From contig NC_135804.1 in the NCBI RefSeq assembly GCF_964213995.1, positions 94,736,001 through 94,800,000 of the forward strand: DNA of 64,000 bases. Reading direction: 5' to 3'. The notes under the pieces were generated by a model that saw only the letters and a list, made by a program, of their open reading frames with translations, was not told the DNA's origin and did not search any database. This DNA comes from Mustelus asterias (lineage: Eukaryota). Positions 1-11,807 of the stretch are shown here, in pieces; positions within the stretch are counted from its first letter, which is position 1, and the number at the start of each line of letters is the position of its first letter. The translations under genes were made by a program, and so were the position numbers.

Positions 1-870
1 TCATTGACGAGTACTCACGTTTCCCCTTCGCGATTCCCTGCCCAGATATGTCCTCGGCCACAGTCATCAGGGCCCTGCGCAGCCTCTTCACTCTGTTCAG
101 TTTCCCCAGCTATATCCATAGCGACCAGGGATCCTCCTTCATGAGTGATGACCTGCGACGGTACCTGCTCTCCAAAGGCATAGCCTCAAGTAGGACTACT
201 AGCTACAACCCCCGGGGAAACGGACAGGTGGAGAGAGAGAACGCAACAGTCTGGAAGACCGTTTTACTAGCGCTACGGTCTAAAGGCCTTCCAGTCACCC
301 ACTTGCAAGAGGTCCTACCGGAGGCACTACACTCCATTAGGTCCCTCCTGTGCACGGCAACCAATGCCACCCCCCACGAACGGATGTTCGTGTTCTCCAG
401 GAAGTCTTCCTCAGGGACTTCACTACCGTCGTGGCTGGCATACCCGGGCCCTGTCCTGCTTCAGAAGCATGCCAGGACCCATAAGTCTGACCCCCTGGTC
501 GAAAGGGTTCAACTCCTCCATGCCAACCCCCAGTACGCCTATGTGGCGTACTCCGATGGACGGAGGACACGGTATCTATCCGTGACCTCGCACCTGCAGG
601 TGACTCAGGCACCACTATGGCCCCCAACCCCTCACCCCCAATCCCCAACCGTGTCGCTACCACATCAGAACCACTATTCACTCCTCTCACCCCCGTATAC
701 AACTCGCCTGAGCCCCAGGAGTTGTCACCACGCACTCGACGATCGGACGAGACTACGATGACAACAACGTCCTGGCGCTTGAAACGACACCGCGACCTGA
801 ACCTACATCGGAACCGGCACTACGGCGGTCGCAGCGGCAGAGCGAGCCTCCAGATAGGCTGAACCTGTAA
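1..870 (+). mobile_element. Ty3/Gypsy LTR retrotransposon, integrase C-terminal part (runs off the window start; frameshifted 3' end)
   Basis: ORF 48-761 has retroviral integrase core motifs IHSDQGSSF and TTSYNPRGNGQVERENAT, followed by HSIRSLLCTATNATPHERMF; a purine-rich tract and an LTR follow. Confidence 0.92.
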
Positions 871-932
871 ATATTGTAAATATTGTTCACTCTGCCTCAC
901 CCACGACGGACTCTTTTTTTAAACGGGGTGAA

Positions 933-1188
933 TGTGGTAAACCACTGTTATCTGTTATCTGTTGTGGTTAACCACTGTTAGTTAGTATCTGTTATTACCT
1001 GTATATGTGGCACATCCCTGTCGGCTCCGCCCAAGACTCCTCCCCCTGGTCTGGGTATAAAGGCGATGGCTCCTCCCTCTAGCCTTTGGTACAGACCAGA
1101 TCACCGACAGGGATGGCTCCAAGTTCTTGTTAATAAAAGCCTATTTGTCTTGCATACAACTAGTCTTGGCTTGATTGATAGTGCATCA
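933..1188 (+). mobile_element. 3' LTR of the Gypsy element
   Basis: Starts TG after AAACGGGGTGAA; TATAAA at 1056-1061, AATAAA at 1132-1137; ends in CA at 1188 (or 1190). Confidence 0.8.
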
Positions 1189-1189
1189 C

Positions 1190-2918
1190 AGATGGAAACA
1201 AAAAAAATGAGATCTAAGTCCTGAGGATGAGACAGTAAGCATTCGTGAACCCAGGAGAAAGTCAAGAATCTGTGTCCGAAGGTATGTCAACAGAGAACAG
1301 CGGTCTGAGAGTAGCAGCCCTGACAGAAACAGACACGGCAGCAGAGGCCGCAGTTTAATGAGGAAGGCTAGGAATCAAACCAATGATAGGAATAGGAGTA
1401 GAAGCCTCCGTGATAAGGAAGTATTGATAGCTGCAAACAAAATGGAGCTCGTGGAAGTAAGAGAGGACAAACAAAGGGAGCTGGACAATTGGAAGGAGTT
1501 TGGAGTGTATACCGAGGTACCAGATGAAGGGCAGCCTGCTTTGTCCCATAGGTGAGTTTGCACAGAGAAAGTTTTGCAAGATGGAATGTATAAAGCTAAA
1601 GCCAGATTAGTAGTCCATGGGTATGAGGAACATTTGGATGGGAGAGACATTAGGGTTGATTCACTCACAGGAGGGAAAGTGACACTGACATTTTTTTTCA
1701 CTGTTCTAGCATCTCATAATTGGATGTGTAAATCAATTGATATCAAAGTATCATTTCTGCAGGGCGGAACATTTCAAAGAAAAGTTTTTTTGAGGCCACC
1801 CAAAGAAGCAGGTAATACACAGGGACATTTGTGGAAATTAAATAAATGTGTATATGAGTTAAGTGATGCATCAAGGGTTTGGTATTTCTCTGTACGATCT
1901 GTATTACTGAAGACTGGCTGAGTCCAGTTAAAAGCAGGTAGATCAATGTTTTACTGGAAGGCTAAAGGAAAATTAGCTGGAATTTTTATAATGAATGTGG
2001 ATGATTTCCTATGGAGTGGCATAGAAGAATTTGAAAAAAGGATAAGTGAGAAGCTGAAAACAGAATTTAAAGTAGGAAGTCAAGCAACTGGTGCTTTTCG
2101 ATATCCGACAAAGTACATCTGGTGTACTTTGATGTATATCTAAACAGTTTTGACCCCATTCCCATCACCAGGGAAAGGTCAATGGAAAATGAGGAATGGG
2201 CCAACGAAAAAGAAACAGAGTTGTTGAAGAGTATGATAGGACACCTAAATTGGCTATGCCCACAGACAAGACCGAATGGGAGCTATGATGTTCTAGAGCT
2301 CAGTAATATGTTGTGGTGTGCCAGAGTCAGAGAGATCTTGCAGGCTAATAAATCATTATAAAAGTTAAAATTAGAGGAGTGTGTAATTATATTCCCAGCA
2401 CTAGGAGAACCAGAAGATATGAAATTGGTTGTGTTTAGTAATGTTTCACATGCCGATCTACCAAATGGACATTCAAGCGATGCTGGATTCATAATATTCC
2501 TGGTAGGTAAAGAAGGAAAATGTTACCCCTTGGCTTGGGAAGCAAAGAAAATAAAAAGGCTGGTCAAAAGCACATTGGCGGCTGAAACCTTAGCGTTAGT
2601 GGAGGCGTTATGGGGATTTATTTATCAGACACATTACAGAATTATTTTTTATGGGCACATCGGGTAAAAGAAGTACCAATTGAGTGCTATGTGGACAATC
2701 GGTCTTTATGGGACAATGTTTACTCAATAAAAAGTGTAGTGGAAAAACAATTAAGAATTGATTTGGCCAGCATTAAGCAAATGCTGGAAAACAAGGAAGT
2801 TTCCAAACTTAACTGGGTCGGTACAAATCTGCAGGTATCCGACTGTTTTACAAAAAAGGGTGCAGGTACTGGTAAGTTATTAAGAATACTGGAGGATGGT
2901 TGTCTTAAATTATTTTGA
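1190..2918 (+). mobile_element. Degenerate Ty1/Copia pol (RT-RNase H), GalEa-like clade
   Basis: Broken ORFs with Copia RT motifs (YKAKARLVVHGYEE, SIDIKVSFLQG, LWKLNKCVYELSDASRVWY, MNVDDFLW) and RNase H motifs (KIKRLVKSTLAAETLA, YVDNRSL, LRIDLASIKQM, QVSDCFTK). Confidence 0.88.
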
Positions 2919-2945
2919 AGAAAAAAAAATAAAATAAAAGGAATC

Positions 2946-3251
2946 TGTTAGAGTGTAACTGGTGACAACTTTGTATTGGTTGTAATGTGACCAATGGGAA
3001 CAAGATGCAAGGGTCAGCTGACCCAGTAAACCATGGAACCAATTACAGAGTGATGTAATAGTCAGCTGACCAGCTGGTTCACTATAAAAAAACATGTAAA
3101 ATTGCTGGGAGCTTGGAGTGGCCTAGTGTAAGGCCTGAAGTTTGGAGTAATGATGTTTCTTTATTAAACCCTTTCTTTGATTCATAAGTTGGAGTAAGTT
3201 TTGTTGTATTTTCGTCATCTGCACTTCTGAAGAGTTCCTTCTGATGAAACA
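2946..3251 (+). mobile_element. 3' LTR of the Copia element
   Basis: Follows an A/G-rich PPT (AAAATAAAATAAAAGGGAATC); TGTT...AACA termini; TATAAA near 3083, ATTAAA near 3163; CR1 sequence starts immediately after. Confidence 0.75.
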
Positions 3252-4040
3252 GCTCTGCCCAATCTATCAAGGCCAACTCACACCTCATATCTTCATAGTT
3301 TCCTTTATTAAGATTCAGCACCCTAGTCTCCAAAATCAACTACTTCACTTTCTATCTTGATAAAAAATTCTATCATGTTATGGTCACTCATCCCCAAGGG
3401 GTTTCGTACAGCTAGATTGGCGATGATTCCTTTCTCATTACAAAGTACTCAGTCTAAGATGGTCTGCTCTCTAGTTGGTTCCTCCACATACTGGTCAAGA
3501 AAACCATCCCGTATACACTCTAGGAATTCCTCCTCTATGGCATTGTGGCTAATTTGATTTGCCCAATCGATGTACAGATTAAAATCATCCATGATCACTG
3601 ATATTCCTTATCTCATGCATCTCTAATTTCTAACTTGGAATCTCTAACTTGTGGTGCAACTTTTACTGATGGATGTATTTTTGTCAACGATCCCTGTGTT
3701 CTACTCTATCAAGATTTGTAGCTTCCAAGTAATAAATGCCCTCCCTATTCTTCCTACTAAAATGTATAACATCATATTTATCTGCGATTAACTTAATTTG
3801 CCAATTATCAGCCCATTTGGCAAGTTTATTAATGTCCTGGAATTTTTTTGCAGTCCTCCTCATTATTAATGACACCCCCCCCCCCCCCCCCCCAACACAT
3901 ACACACATACACATGCACAATTTGGTGTCACCCACAAATTGAGAAATTGTGTTTTTGACTCCAGAGTCCAAATAATCATTAATGCAATTGAAAGGCAGAA
4001 CAGGCTAAAGAAGCTGAATGGTCTACTCCTGTTCTATGTT
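3252..4040 (-). mobile_element. CR1 LINE fragments (endonuclease/linker and RT pieces)
   Basis: Minus-strand translations such as RVLNLNKGNYEDMRCELALIDW and NTISQFVGDTKL...WADNWQ. Confidence 0.75.
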
Positions 4041-4099
4041 CCTAAACGTTTAATGCATTCACAGACTTTCCTCTGTCCGTTATTCCAACAATGGTCATT

Positions 4100-4950
4100 T
4101 GATTTGATTTATTATTGTCACATGTAAAAGTTAAAGTTTATTTATTAGTCACAATTAGGCTTATATTAACATTTTTGTAATGAAGTTACTGTGAAAATCC
4201 CCTAGTCGCCACACTCCGGCACCTGTTTAGGTACACTAGCATGGCCAGTGCACCTAACCAGCATGTCTTTCGGACTGTGAGAGGAAACCGGAGCACACAG
4301 AAGAAACCCATGCAGACACAGGGAGAACGTGCGATCTCCGCACAGACAGTGACCCAAACCAGGAATCGAACCCGGGTCCCTGGTCCCGTGAGGCATCAGT
4401 GCTAACCACTGTGCCACCGTGCTGCCCTAGTATTAGTATACAGTGTAAAGTATTGTTTCTTGTGCAGTATTTAGACAAAGCATACCATTCATAGAGAAGG
4501 AAAGGAGAGAGAGTGCAGAATGTAGGATGACAGTCATATCTAGGGTGTAGAGAAAGATCAACTTAATGCGAAAGTCTGATGGCAGCAGGGAAGAAGCTAT
4601 TTTTGCATCGGTAGGGAAGTGTCCTCAGATTGTTGTATCTTTTTCTCGACGGAAGAAGGTGGAAGTGAGTGTGTCCGGGGTGTGTGAGATCCTTAATTAT
4701 GCTGGCAGCTTTTCCGAGACAGCGGAAAGTGTAGACAGTGTCAATGGGTGGGAGGATAGTTTGAGTAATGGACTGGGTGTCGTTTATGACCCTTTGAAAT
4801 TTCTTGCGGTCTTGGATAGAGTATGAGTCATACCAAGCAGCGATACAACCAAAAAGAATGCTTTCTGGTGTATCTATAAAAGTTGGTGAGTGTCGTATTG
4901 GACATACCAAATTTCTTTAGTCTTCTGAGAAAGTAGTGGCATTGGTTGTC
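4100..4950 (-). mobile_element. Rex1/Babar-type LINE 3' fragment interrupted by a SINE
   Basis: ORF 4563-4910 ends HPGHTHFHLLPSRKRY...KNSFFPAAIRL; the TGTGACAATAATAAATCAAATCAAA tail is also seen at 61655-61882. Confidence 0.7.
4125..4428 (-). mobile_element. tRNA-derived HE1/V-SINE-type SINE (GACTAATAAATAAAC tail type)
   Basis: Minus strand reads GGGCAGCACGGTGGCACAGTGGTTAGCACT (A box), GGTTCGATTCC (B box), then a body related to TGCGTGGGTTTCCTCCGGGTGCTCCGGTTTC. Confidence 0.88.
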
Positions 4951-5527
4951 TTTTCTTACAATGAATATATTATACTTTATGAAAATGGTCGACAGATCAC
5001 CTCACCAGTCAAGATTTCTCGGCTCAAAATATTGGATGGTATAATGGGGGTGGGTCTATTTTGTGGAAACAAGGTGGGTGGACACTTAACTGCACTGGAG
5101 CCATCGGGACCTGACCTACTCCATTCCCCATTTTAACTGGCTTCACTCTACGGCAGCAAGAACACCCCCAAATCTGTGATTTTAAAAATGTGTGTTTCAG
5201 GTCCTTGTCATGTCACCAGCATCCAACTGAAATTTTTACTCGGATGCTTTAGCAGGAAGCCACAGTGAGGTTAACACGAACGAAGATCAAGGCTAGAAAA
5301 GGCTCAAAAAGAATAAAGAAATATCGATGAAAGGAATGGCAAAAGGGTTGGAAAAGTTTTTGAAATAGAAAATGCAGATGGCCGAGGCTTAGTTAAGAAA
5401 AAGCAGATTTAAAGAGGGTCTAAAAGGAGGGCAGGTAGAAGGGTTTGGGAGAAAATTCCAGAGCATGGAGCTGAGGTAGCTGAAAGCATGTTGGGTGAAG
5501 GAATCAGCATAACTTATCTTCATGTAA

Positions 5528-5823
5528 TTTTTTTATTCGTTCATGGGACATGTGTGTCGCTGGCTGGCCAGCAGTTATTGCCCTTCCCTAGTTGCCCTTG
5601 TTCAGAGGGCAGTTGAGAGTCAACCACATTGCTGTGGCTCTGGAGTCACATGTAGGCCAGACCAGGTAAGGACGGCAGATTTCCTTCCCTAAAAGACATT
5701 AGTGAATCAGATGGGTTTTTCCAACAATTGACAATGGGTTTCATGGTTATCAGTAGATTCTTAATTCCAGATATTTTTTAATGAATTCACATTCCACCAT
5801 CTGCCATGGTGGGATTCGAACTC
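5528..5823 (-). mobile_element. tRNA-head SINE sharing both its body and its 3' end with LINE family B
   Basis: B box GTTCGAATCCC; body matches 32100-32285; tail matches LINE ends at 31095-31160 and 10140-10210. Confidence 0.75.
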
Positions 5824-5984
5824 AAATAAAGTATCCAAAACAGTGAATATATTGGCCTTCTCCATACCAGTTGATCATCTTACTTGGCTTAAATAATATA
5901 GTTCATAACTGTTCACTGAAAGCTAAATTTCTGAGCCTGGTGAAAAGAAAGCAAAAACTACTCACATTTACATAGTGCATTTCA

Positions 5985-6515
5985 TAACCAACATGCATCT
6001 CAAAGCACATTACAACCAATGAAGTGAAGTGGGCTGTAGACACTCTTGTAATGTCAGAATTGTGTAGCCACATTGTGCACAGCAAACTCCCACAAACAAC
6101 AATGTGATAATGACCAGATAATCTGTTTTAGTGATGCTGATTTAGGGATAATAATTGGTCAGGACATAATTTTCATGCTATTTGTTATGACAACCACAAA
6201 GGCCACGAGGGATCATCAACAGATCTACCCATGGGCTTTGTGGAGTATGAGCTGCCTTATTGAATGCACAGAGGCTCACCCAATGGAAATCAGCCAGCAG
6301 GGGTTTTTAAGCTTGTAACTTTACCCAGACCTGAGTGTAGGTCCGAAGGTGAAACTACCTGACTGTAAACTGCGCGAGCGGCCTTTTCCATTGGTGCACA
6401 ATAAAGGGTGTTGGTGACAGCAAACTGGTGTTTGGCTCTTCTTTTGAATTGTGCCATGGGATCTTTTACATCCACCCAGGCAAGCAGATGGGGTCTCGGA
6501 TGAATATCTCATCTA
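5985..6515 (-). mobile_element. Deu-domain SINE (SacSINE1/AmnSINE-like), interrupted by a probable solo LTR (~6184-6435)
   Basis: GCACAGCAAACTCCCACAAACAACAATGTGATAATGACCAGATAATCTGTTTT and TGCCATGGGATCTTTTACATCCACC resemble the Deu core as I recall it. Confidence 0.65.
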
Positions 6516-6859
6516 AAAGTTGGCACTTCTGCTTCCCTCTGAAGTGCCAGTGTGGATTGCTGTGTGGTACTCAAACCCAGAATTTTGTGCATCAAGGCTA
6601 GAGTGCTTCCAACTGAACCACAGCTCTTGCAGCTCAGAGTTTAAAATCCTGACTGACTTCCTATTGTTTCCAGCTCTTTCCCCCCCCCCATTGTCTTCAC
6701 AACCCAAGTGAAGGACCAATACATGCTAATCTCTCCTGAGCACCTGGAATCAAGGACCTTCCAAAACAATGGGTATAGGATGTTTAATGAGTGCTGAGAC
6801 AGGCTAATTAATCACTAGAGAGAAAAAAAAGAGATAACGGCCAGGTCATTTGTTTAGAA

Positions 6860-7090
6860 ATATTGGTTGAGGTATTAAATATTGGCCACGACACCAGCTG
6901 TTCCTGAGAGGTTACATGAGGCCTTAATTTAACATCTCCTGTGAAAGACAGCAGCTCGGATAATGCTCTATTTCCACAGCACAGCACTGAAGTATCAGCC
7001 TAAATTATGTGTTCAAGTCACTGGAGTTGGACTTGAATTCATAATCTTCTCATTTATAGGCAAGAGCTCTACCACTTAGCCAAGGCTGAA
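6860..7090 (-). mobile_element. Second Deu-domain SINE fragment with tRNA-like head
   Basis: TTGGTTGAGGTATTAAATATTGGCCACGACACC ... GAAAGACAGCAGCTCGGATAATGC ... TACCACTTAGCCAAGGCTGA. Confidence 0.6.
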
Positions 7091-7414
7091 CACTGAAGGA
7101 CTCATGGTGCTACTTTTAAAAATTAGGAAGTTTTTTGGCATCCTGACCAACCTTGCATTAGCCAATACTACCAAACACAGGTTAATTGGTTATTCATTGC
7201 ACTGCTGCTTGTGGATCCTGCTCTGTATAAATAGTGGTTGCATTTGTCTATACAACAGGGGTCGCTGCTGGATTTCAAGATAACATTTTATACGTAAGAT
7301 GAAATGTTTCTACAAGGTGAAAACATGAGTATTTCTTTCAAACTGAAAAAATTTGTAAATCCTCCAATTTATTGAAATCCTGCCCATTTCAATATTTCAA
7401 GGTTGACATTTCAA

Positions 7415-7692
7415 GGTTGAGAGGTGGTAAATTTAACAAAATGAGAAGGAACTACTTCTCACAGAGGGTGGTGAATTTGTGGAACTCACTGCCCATAGCG
7501 CGGTGGAGTCTGAATCGTTGAATGGTTTCAAGGAAAAGATAGATATATTTCTAATTTTAAAAAGGGATAAGGGGATATGGGGAACGGGTGGGATGGGGAA
7601 TTTGAGTCCAGGGAAAGATCAGCCATGATCTGATTGAATAGCGGAACAGGCTCAAAAGGGCTGAATATGCCTATTTCTGCTCCTAATTCCTA
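7415..7692 (+). mobile_element. CR1 LINE 3' end
   Basis: Translates YFSQRVVNLWNSLP; CR1 3' UTR ends ...ATCAGCCATGATC...TGCTCCTAATTCCTATG. Confidence 0.8.
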
Positions 7693-7703
7693 TGGCATCA
7701 ATG

Positions 7704-8100
7704 AGGGCAGCATGGTGGTACAGTGGTTAGCACTGCTGCCTCACAGCGTCAGGGACCTGGGTTTGATTCCCAGCTTAGGTCACTGTCTGTGTGGAGTTCA
7801 TACATTCACCCCGTGTATGCGTGGGTTTCCTCCGGGTGCTTCAGTTTCCTCCCACACTGCAAAGATGTGCGAGTTAGGTGGATTGGCCATGTTAAATTGT
7901 CCATTAGTGTCGGGGGATTAGCAGAGTCAATATATGAGGTTACAGGAATAGGTGGATTGGCTATGCTAAATTGACCTGAGTGTTAGGGGGATTACCAGGG
8001 GAAATTTGTGGGGTTACGGAAATAGGGCCTTGGTGGGATCGTTGTCGGTGCAGGCTCGATGGGCCAAATGGCCTCCTTCTGAACTGTAGGGATTCTATCT
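7704..8100 (+). mobile_element. HE1/V-SINE with internal duplication and CR1-like tail
   Basis: A and B boxes present; a GGTGGATTGGC...AAATTG block occurs twice; tail CTGTAGGGATTCTAT. Confidence 0.88.
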
Positions 8101-8379
8101 ATGTACACTGGTCATTATTTTGATCAGTAAGATGTGAAACTGATCAGGCTATTCCAATATATCGATAATGTGGAAATTGAGATTGTGGATGAATACGATT
8201 TATAAACATAATCACAGGATTGCAGTGTTAACATGAGATACACAAATGCAGACAAGCACACACACATATTTTGCTTTGTTAATATACAATTCACCATGGA
8301 TTTTATCACCAAGGCAAGTTTTGATTTTCCTAAAATCTACATTTTGCAGCTGGCCAAGCAAAAAGAAAATGGGCAAGTC

Positions 8380-8744
8380 AGTACGTTGGGGTTGTAAACA
8401 AATGGGCAGATGAAGCTGGTTTTGTGCCTGTAGAGGGAAGTGTCGAGTATTGAAGGTAAGGGGGGGAAAAGGCAAGAGAGAGAAAGAGACGCAGGATCAT
8501 GAAGGAGGGAGGGAGCAGTGAGGGGAAGAAGAGGCGGAGGAGGAGGCAGAGGATGAGCCGTTTGCTGCTGTAGTCATCCTCTTGCTGAGGGAAAGAGCAG
8601 GGGGGGTGGGGGGAGGGGAGGGAAAGGAGGGAGGGGGGGGGGGGATTCATCTGTCTCTTGGGGGCTGTCATCCTTTTGAAGGAACACGGGCCCCGGCTTT
8701 CTAGCGGATCGGTGGAGGTGGCTGGGCCAGAGGAAGAGGAGATC
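8380..8744 (+). promoter_or_regulatory. Probable promoter/5' UTR of the host gene (GA/G-rich, G4-prone)
   Basis: Unique purine-rich sequence directly upstream of the coding exon; G-runs at 8600-8644; FOX-type TGTAAACA at 8393-8400. Transcription start cannot be determined from sequence. Confidence 0.5.
8499..8573 (+). other. Candidate uORF, 24 aa (MKEGGSSEGKKRRRRRQRMSRLLL), in frame with the main ORF
   Basis: GATCATG start context identical to the main ATG; TAG at 8571-8573; 246 nt upstream of ATG 8745. Confidence 0.4.
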
Positions 8745-8915
8745 ATGTTGGATTTCGTGATCCCGCTGAGTGCCAGCGCCAGGCTGGAGAAGCTGATCCC
8801 TCACATCGAGAGGCTGTTCAGGGTGAGGATCAGCGCCGGGCCTGCGGCCGAGAGCAGCCGGTGGATCCACATAGAGCAGGCGGCAGAGGCACAGGAGGGG
8901 CTGAGGAAAGCAAAG
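8745..8915 (+). CDS. KHNYN: First coding exon of a KHNYN/N4BP1-family protein (N-terminal KH-like domain)
   Basis: MLDFVIPLSASARLEKLIPHIERLFRVRISAG...RWIHIE...EGLRKAK resembles the recalled KHNYN N-terminus (PHVERIFSV...IWLQLEG...SRAK) and N4BP1. It ends in phase 0 at a consensus AAG|GTGAGT donor, the position where I recall exon 1 ending in this family. KHNYN versus N4BP1 is uncertain. Confidence 0.65.
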
Positions 8916-9271
8916 GTGAGTGAGTGAGTGTGTCCCCAGAGAGAAAACAACATCGCTAACCCCTTTAATCCCCCAAAATAATGATCATCTACTTAATTCA
9001 TTTTTAACTGTCCCTTTCCTTTTTATACCTGAAATTGTCTGCCAAGGTTTGAGGGTGAGGAGGGATATGAAACTGTACTTGTTGCTATGAGACGCACAAA
9101 TAGCACCACCGGGGCCTTTTTGTGCTGCATAAGTCATCCAGGCCTCTACTGTTGGTTATTGCTGGATTTTGCTCTTTGTGCTTGAGCTTGGAGGAATAAG
9201 CAATACATTTAGATTTGGTCTTTGTATATGAGCTTGGAGGAATAAGCGATACATTTAATGAAATACAAACA

Positions 9272-9590
9272 CGGGTGGCACAGTGGGTTAGCACTGATGC
9301 CTCACAGCGCCAGGGACCCAGGTTCGGTTCACAGCCTTGGGCCACTGGCTGTGTGGAGTTTGCATGTTCTCCCCATGTCGGCGTGGGTTTCCTCAGGTGC
9401 TCTGGTTTCCTCCCACAGTTCAAAGATGTGCTGGTTAGGTGGATTGGCCATGTTAAATTGCCCCTTAGTGTCAGGAGGACTAGCTAGGGTAAATATATGG
9501 GGATTGGACCTGGGTGGGATTGTGGTTGATGCAGACTCGATAAGCCAAATGGCCTCCTTCTGCTCTAGGGTTCTATTCTATGATTTCTAT
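9272..9590 (+). mobile_element. HE1/V-SINE
   Basis: GGTGGCACAGTGGGTTAGCACT head, conserved body, CR1-like tail ending TTCTATTCTATGATTTCTAT. Confidence 0.88.
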
Positions 9591-10400
9591 TTTTATTAGG
9601 ATGAAGGTAATTATTTATTATTTTGATGTATCGTTTCAAATTTTGCCTCTGTTTCAGATTTTGTTTGGAATTATCGAAATGTATGCTTCAGAAAAATCTT
9701 ATTTTAATGCAGTTACTTTTTTTTTATCTGTCAAGATGGGTTACAGGACCTTTGAAATGCCACAATATTTTTTTTAACTAGACGATAGTTTGAAAAATCA
9801 ATGCAACAGCTGGCTATCCTGCCAGTAGAACTATCACATCTTTAAAAAATACATTTTGAAAATAACACTTAAGTTTGAGTATTTGTATTTATTAAAGATT
9901 CAGAGAATATTAATTAGAAATCAAACTGTGAGTGATGTTAAAAAGTGAAGTTGATAATGACTTTTTATACTTCATATCCTTCAATAGAGGGAGAGAAAGA
10001 TGTTCTTCGAGATTAATACAATTACACTATCGTTAAGATGGAATCTTGCACGTGGAAAGATTATGGGTTTATTTTGTATAAGGTCTGAGGATGAGGTGAT
10101 TTGTTTATCATTTTTGAGTTTTTTGTCCGAAATCTCCTTTTTTTGTTCTTTCTTGGCATATGGGTGTTGATGGCTAAGCCAACATTTTTATCGCCCATCC
10201 CTAATTGCCGATGAAGGTGGTGGTAAGCTGCCAGCAATGTGGTGAAAGTACACACATGATGCTGTTAGGAAGGGAGTGCCAGGATTTTGACCCAGTGACA
10301 GTAAAGGAATGGCAATATAGTTGCAGGTGTGGCTTAGAGGTATACTTGCAGGTGATGGTGTTCCCATACATCTGCTACCCATGTCCTAGATGGTAGAGAC

Positions 10401-11730
10401 AGTAAGAAGTCTCACATCACCAGGTTAAAGTCCAACAGGTTTATTTGGCAGCAAAAGCCACACTAGCTTTCAGAGCGCTGCTCCTTCGTCAGGTGAGTGG
10501 GAGTTCTATTCACAAACAGGGCATATAAAGACACAAACTCAATTTACCAATATAATGGTTGGAATGCGAGTCTTTACAGGTAATCAAGTCTTAAAGGTAC
10601 AGACAATGTGAGTGGAGAGAGTGTTAAGCACAGGTTAAAGAGACAGGACAGTTAGTGAGATTTTGCAAGTCCAAGCAAGTCGTGGGGTTACAGATAGTGT
10701 GACATGGACCCAAGATCCCGGTTGAGGCCGTCCTCATGTGTGCAGAACTTGGCTATCAGTCTCTGCTCAGCGACTCTGCGCTGTCGTGTGTCGTGAAGGC
10801 CGCCTTGGAGAACGCTTAACAAAGAACAAAGAACAATACAGCACAGGAACAGGCCCTTCGGCCCTCCAAGCCTGCACCGCTCATGTGTCCACTAGACCAT
10901 TCTTTTGTATTCCTCTATTCCCAGTCTGTTCATGTGGCTATCTAGATAAGTCTTAACTGATCCCAGCATGCCCGCCTCAATCACCTTGCTTGGCAGTGCA
11001 TTCCAGGCCCCCACCACCCTCTGTGTAAAATACGTCCCCCTGACACCTGTGTTGAACCTTGCCCCCCTCACCTTGAACCTGTGACCCCTTGTGTTCGTCA
11101 CCTCCGACCTGGGAAAAAGCTCCCCACTGTTCACCCTATCTATGCCCTTCATAATTTTATACACCTCTATTAGGTCGCCCCTCATCCTCCGTCTTTCCAG
11201 GGAGAACAACCCCAGTTTACCCAATCTCTCCTCATAGCTAAGACCCTCCATACCAGGCAACATCCTTGTAAACCTTCTCTGTACTCTCTCCAAAGCCTCC
11301 ATGTCCTTCTGGTAGTGTGGCGACCAGAACTGGACGCAGTATTCCAAATGTGGCCTAACCATCGTTCTATACAGTTGCAACATCATATGCCAACTTTTAT
11401 ATTCTATGCCCCGTCCAATAAAGGCAAGCATGCCATGTGCCTTCTTCACCACCCTCTCCACCTGCGCTGCCACCTTTAAGGATCTGTGGACTTGTACACC
11501 CAGGTCCCCTGTGTGTCTATACTCCTGATGGTTCTGCCATTTATTGTATAGCTCCCCCTTACATTAGATCTACCGAAATGCATCACTTCGCATTTATCTG
11601 GATTAAATTCCATCTGCTATTTCTCCGCCCAATGTTCCAGCCTATCTATATCCTGCTGTATTCTCTGACAATGTTCATCACTATCCGCAACTCCAGCTTA
11701 CCCGAAGATCAGAGGCCGAATGCTCATGAC
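10401..11730. mobile_element. Penelope-like element (inverted arm plus terminal stub), split by a CR1
   Basis: Starts AGTAAGAAG; TSD GTAGAGAC at 10393-10400 and 11732-11739; GIY-YIG C-terminal coding on the minus strand. Confidence 0.85.
10819..11695 (-). mobile_element. Young 5'-truncated CR1 (HER1-like)
   Basis: ORF 10892-11473 (LYRTMVRPHLEYCVQFWSPH, LERRRMRGDLIEVYK); (TGTTCTT)n tail; TSD GCTTA at 10814-10818 and 11696-11700. Confidence 0.92.
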
Positions 11731-11807
11731 CGTAGAGACCATGGGTTTGGAAGGTGCTATCAAAGAAGCCTAGGTGAGTTGCTGCAGTGCATCTTGTAGA
11801 TGGAACA

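Noticed and set aside
3210-3251. CTGAAGA...GAAAC at the Copia LTR end as a hammerhead
   Set aside because: Stems I-III cannot be formed; it is better explained as a simple U5 hairpin (TTTCGTCA/TGATGAAA).
9183-9257. 28-bp direct repeat TGAGCTTGGAGGAATAAGC(A/G)ATACATTTA near the exon
   Set aside because: Only two copies; most simply a local slippage duplication with no evidence of function.
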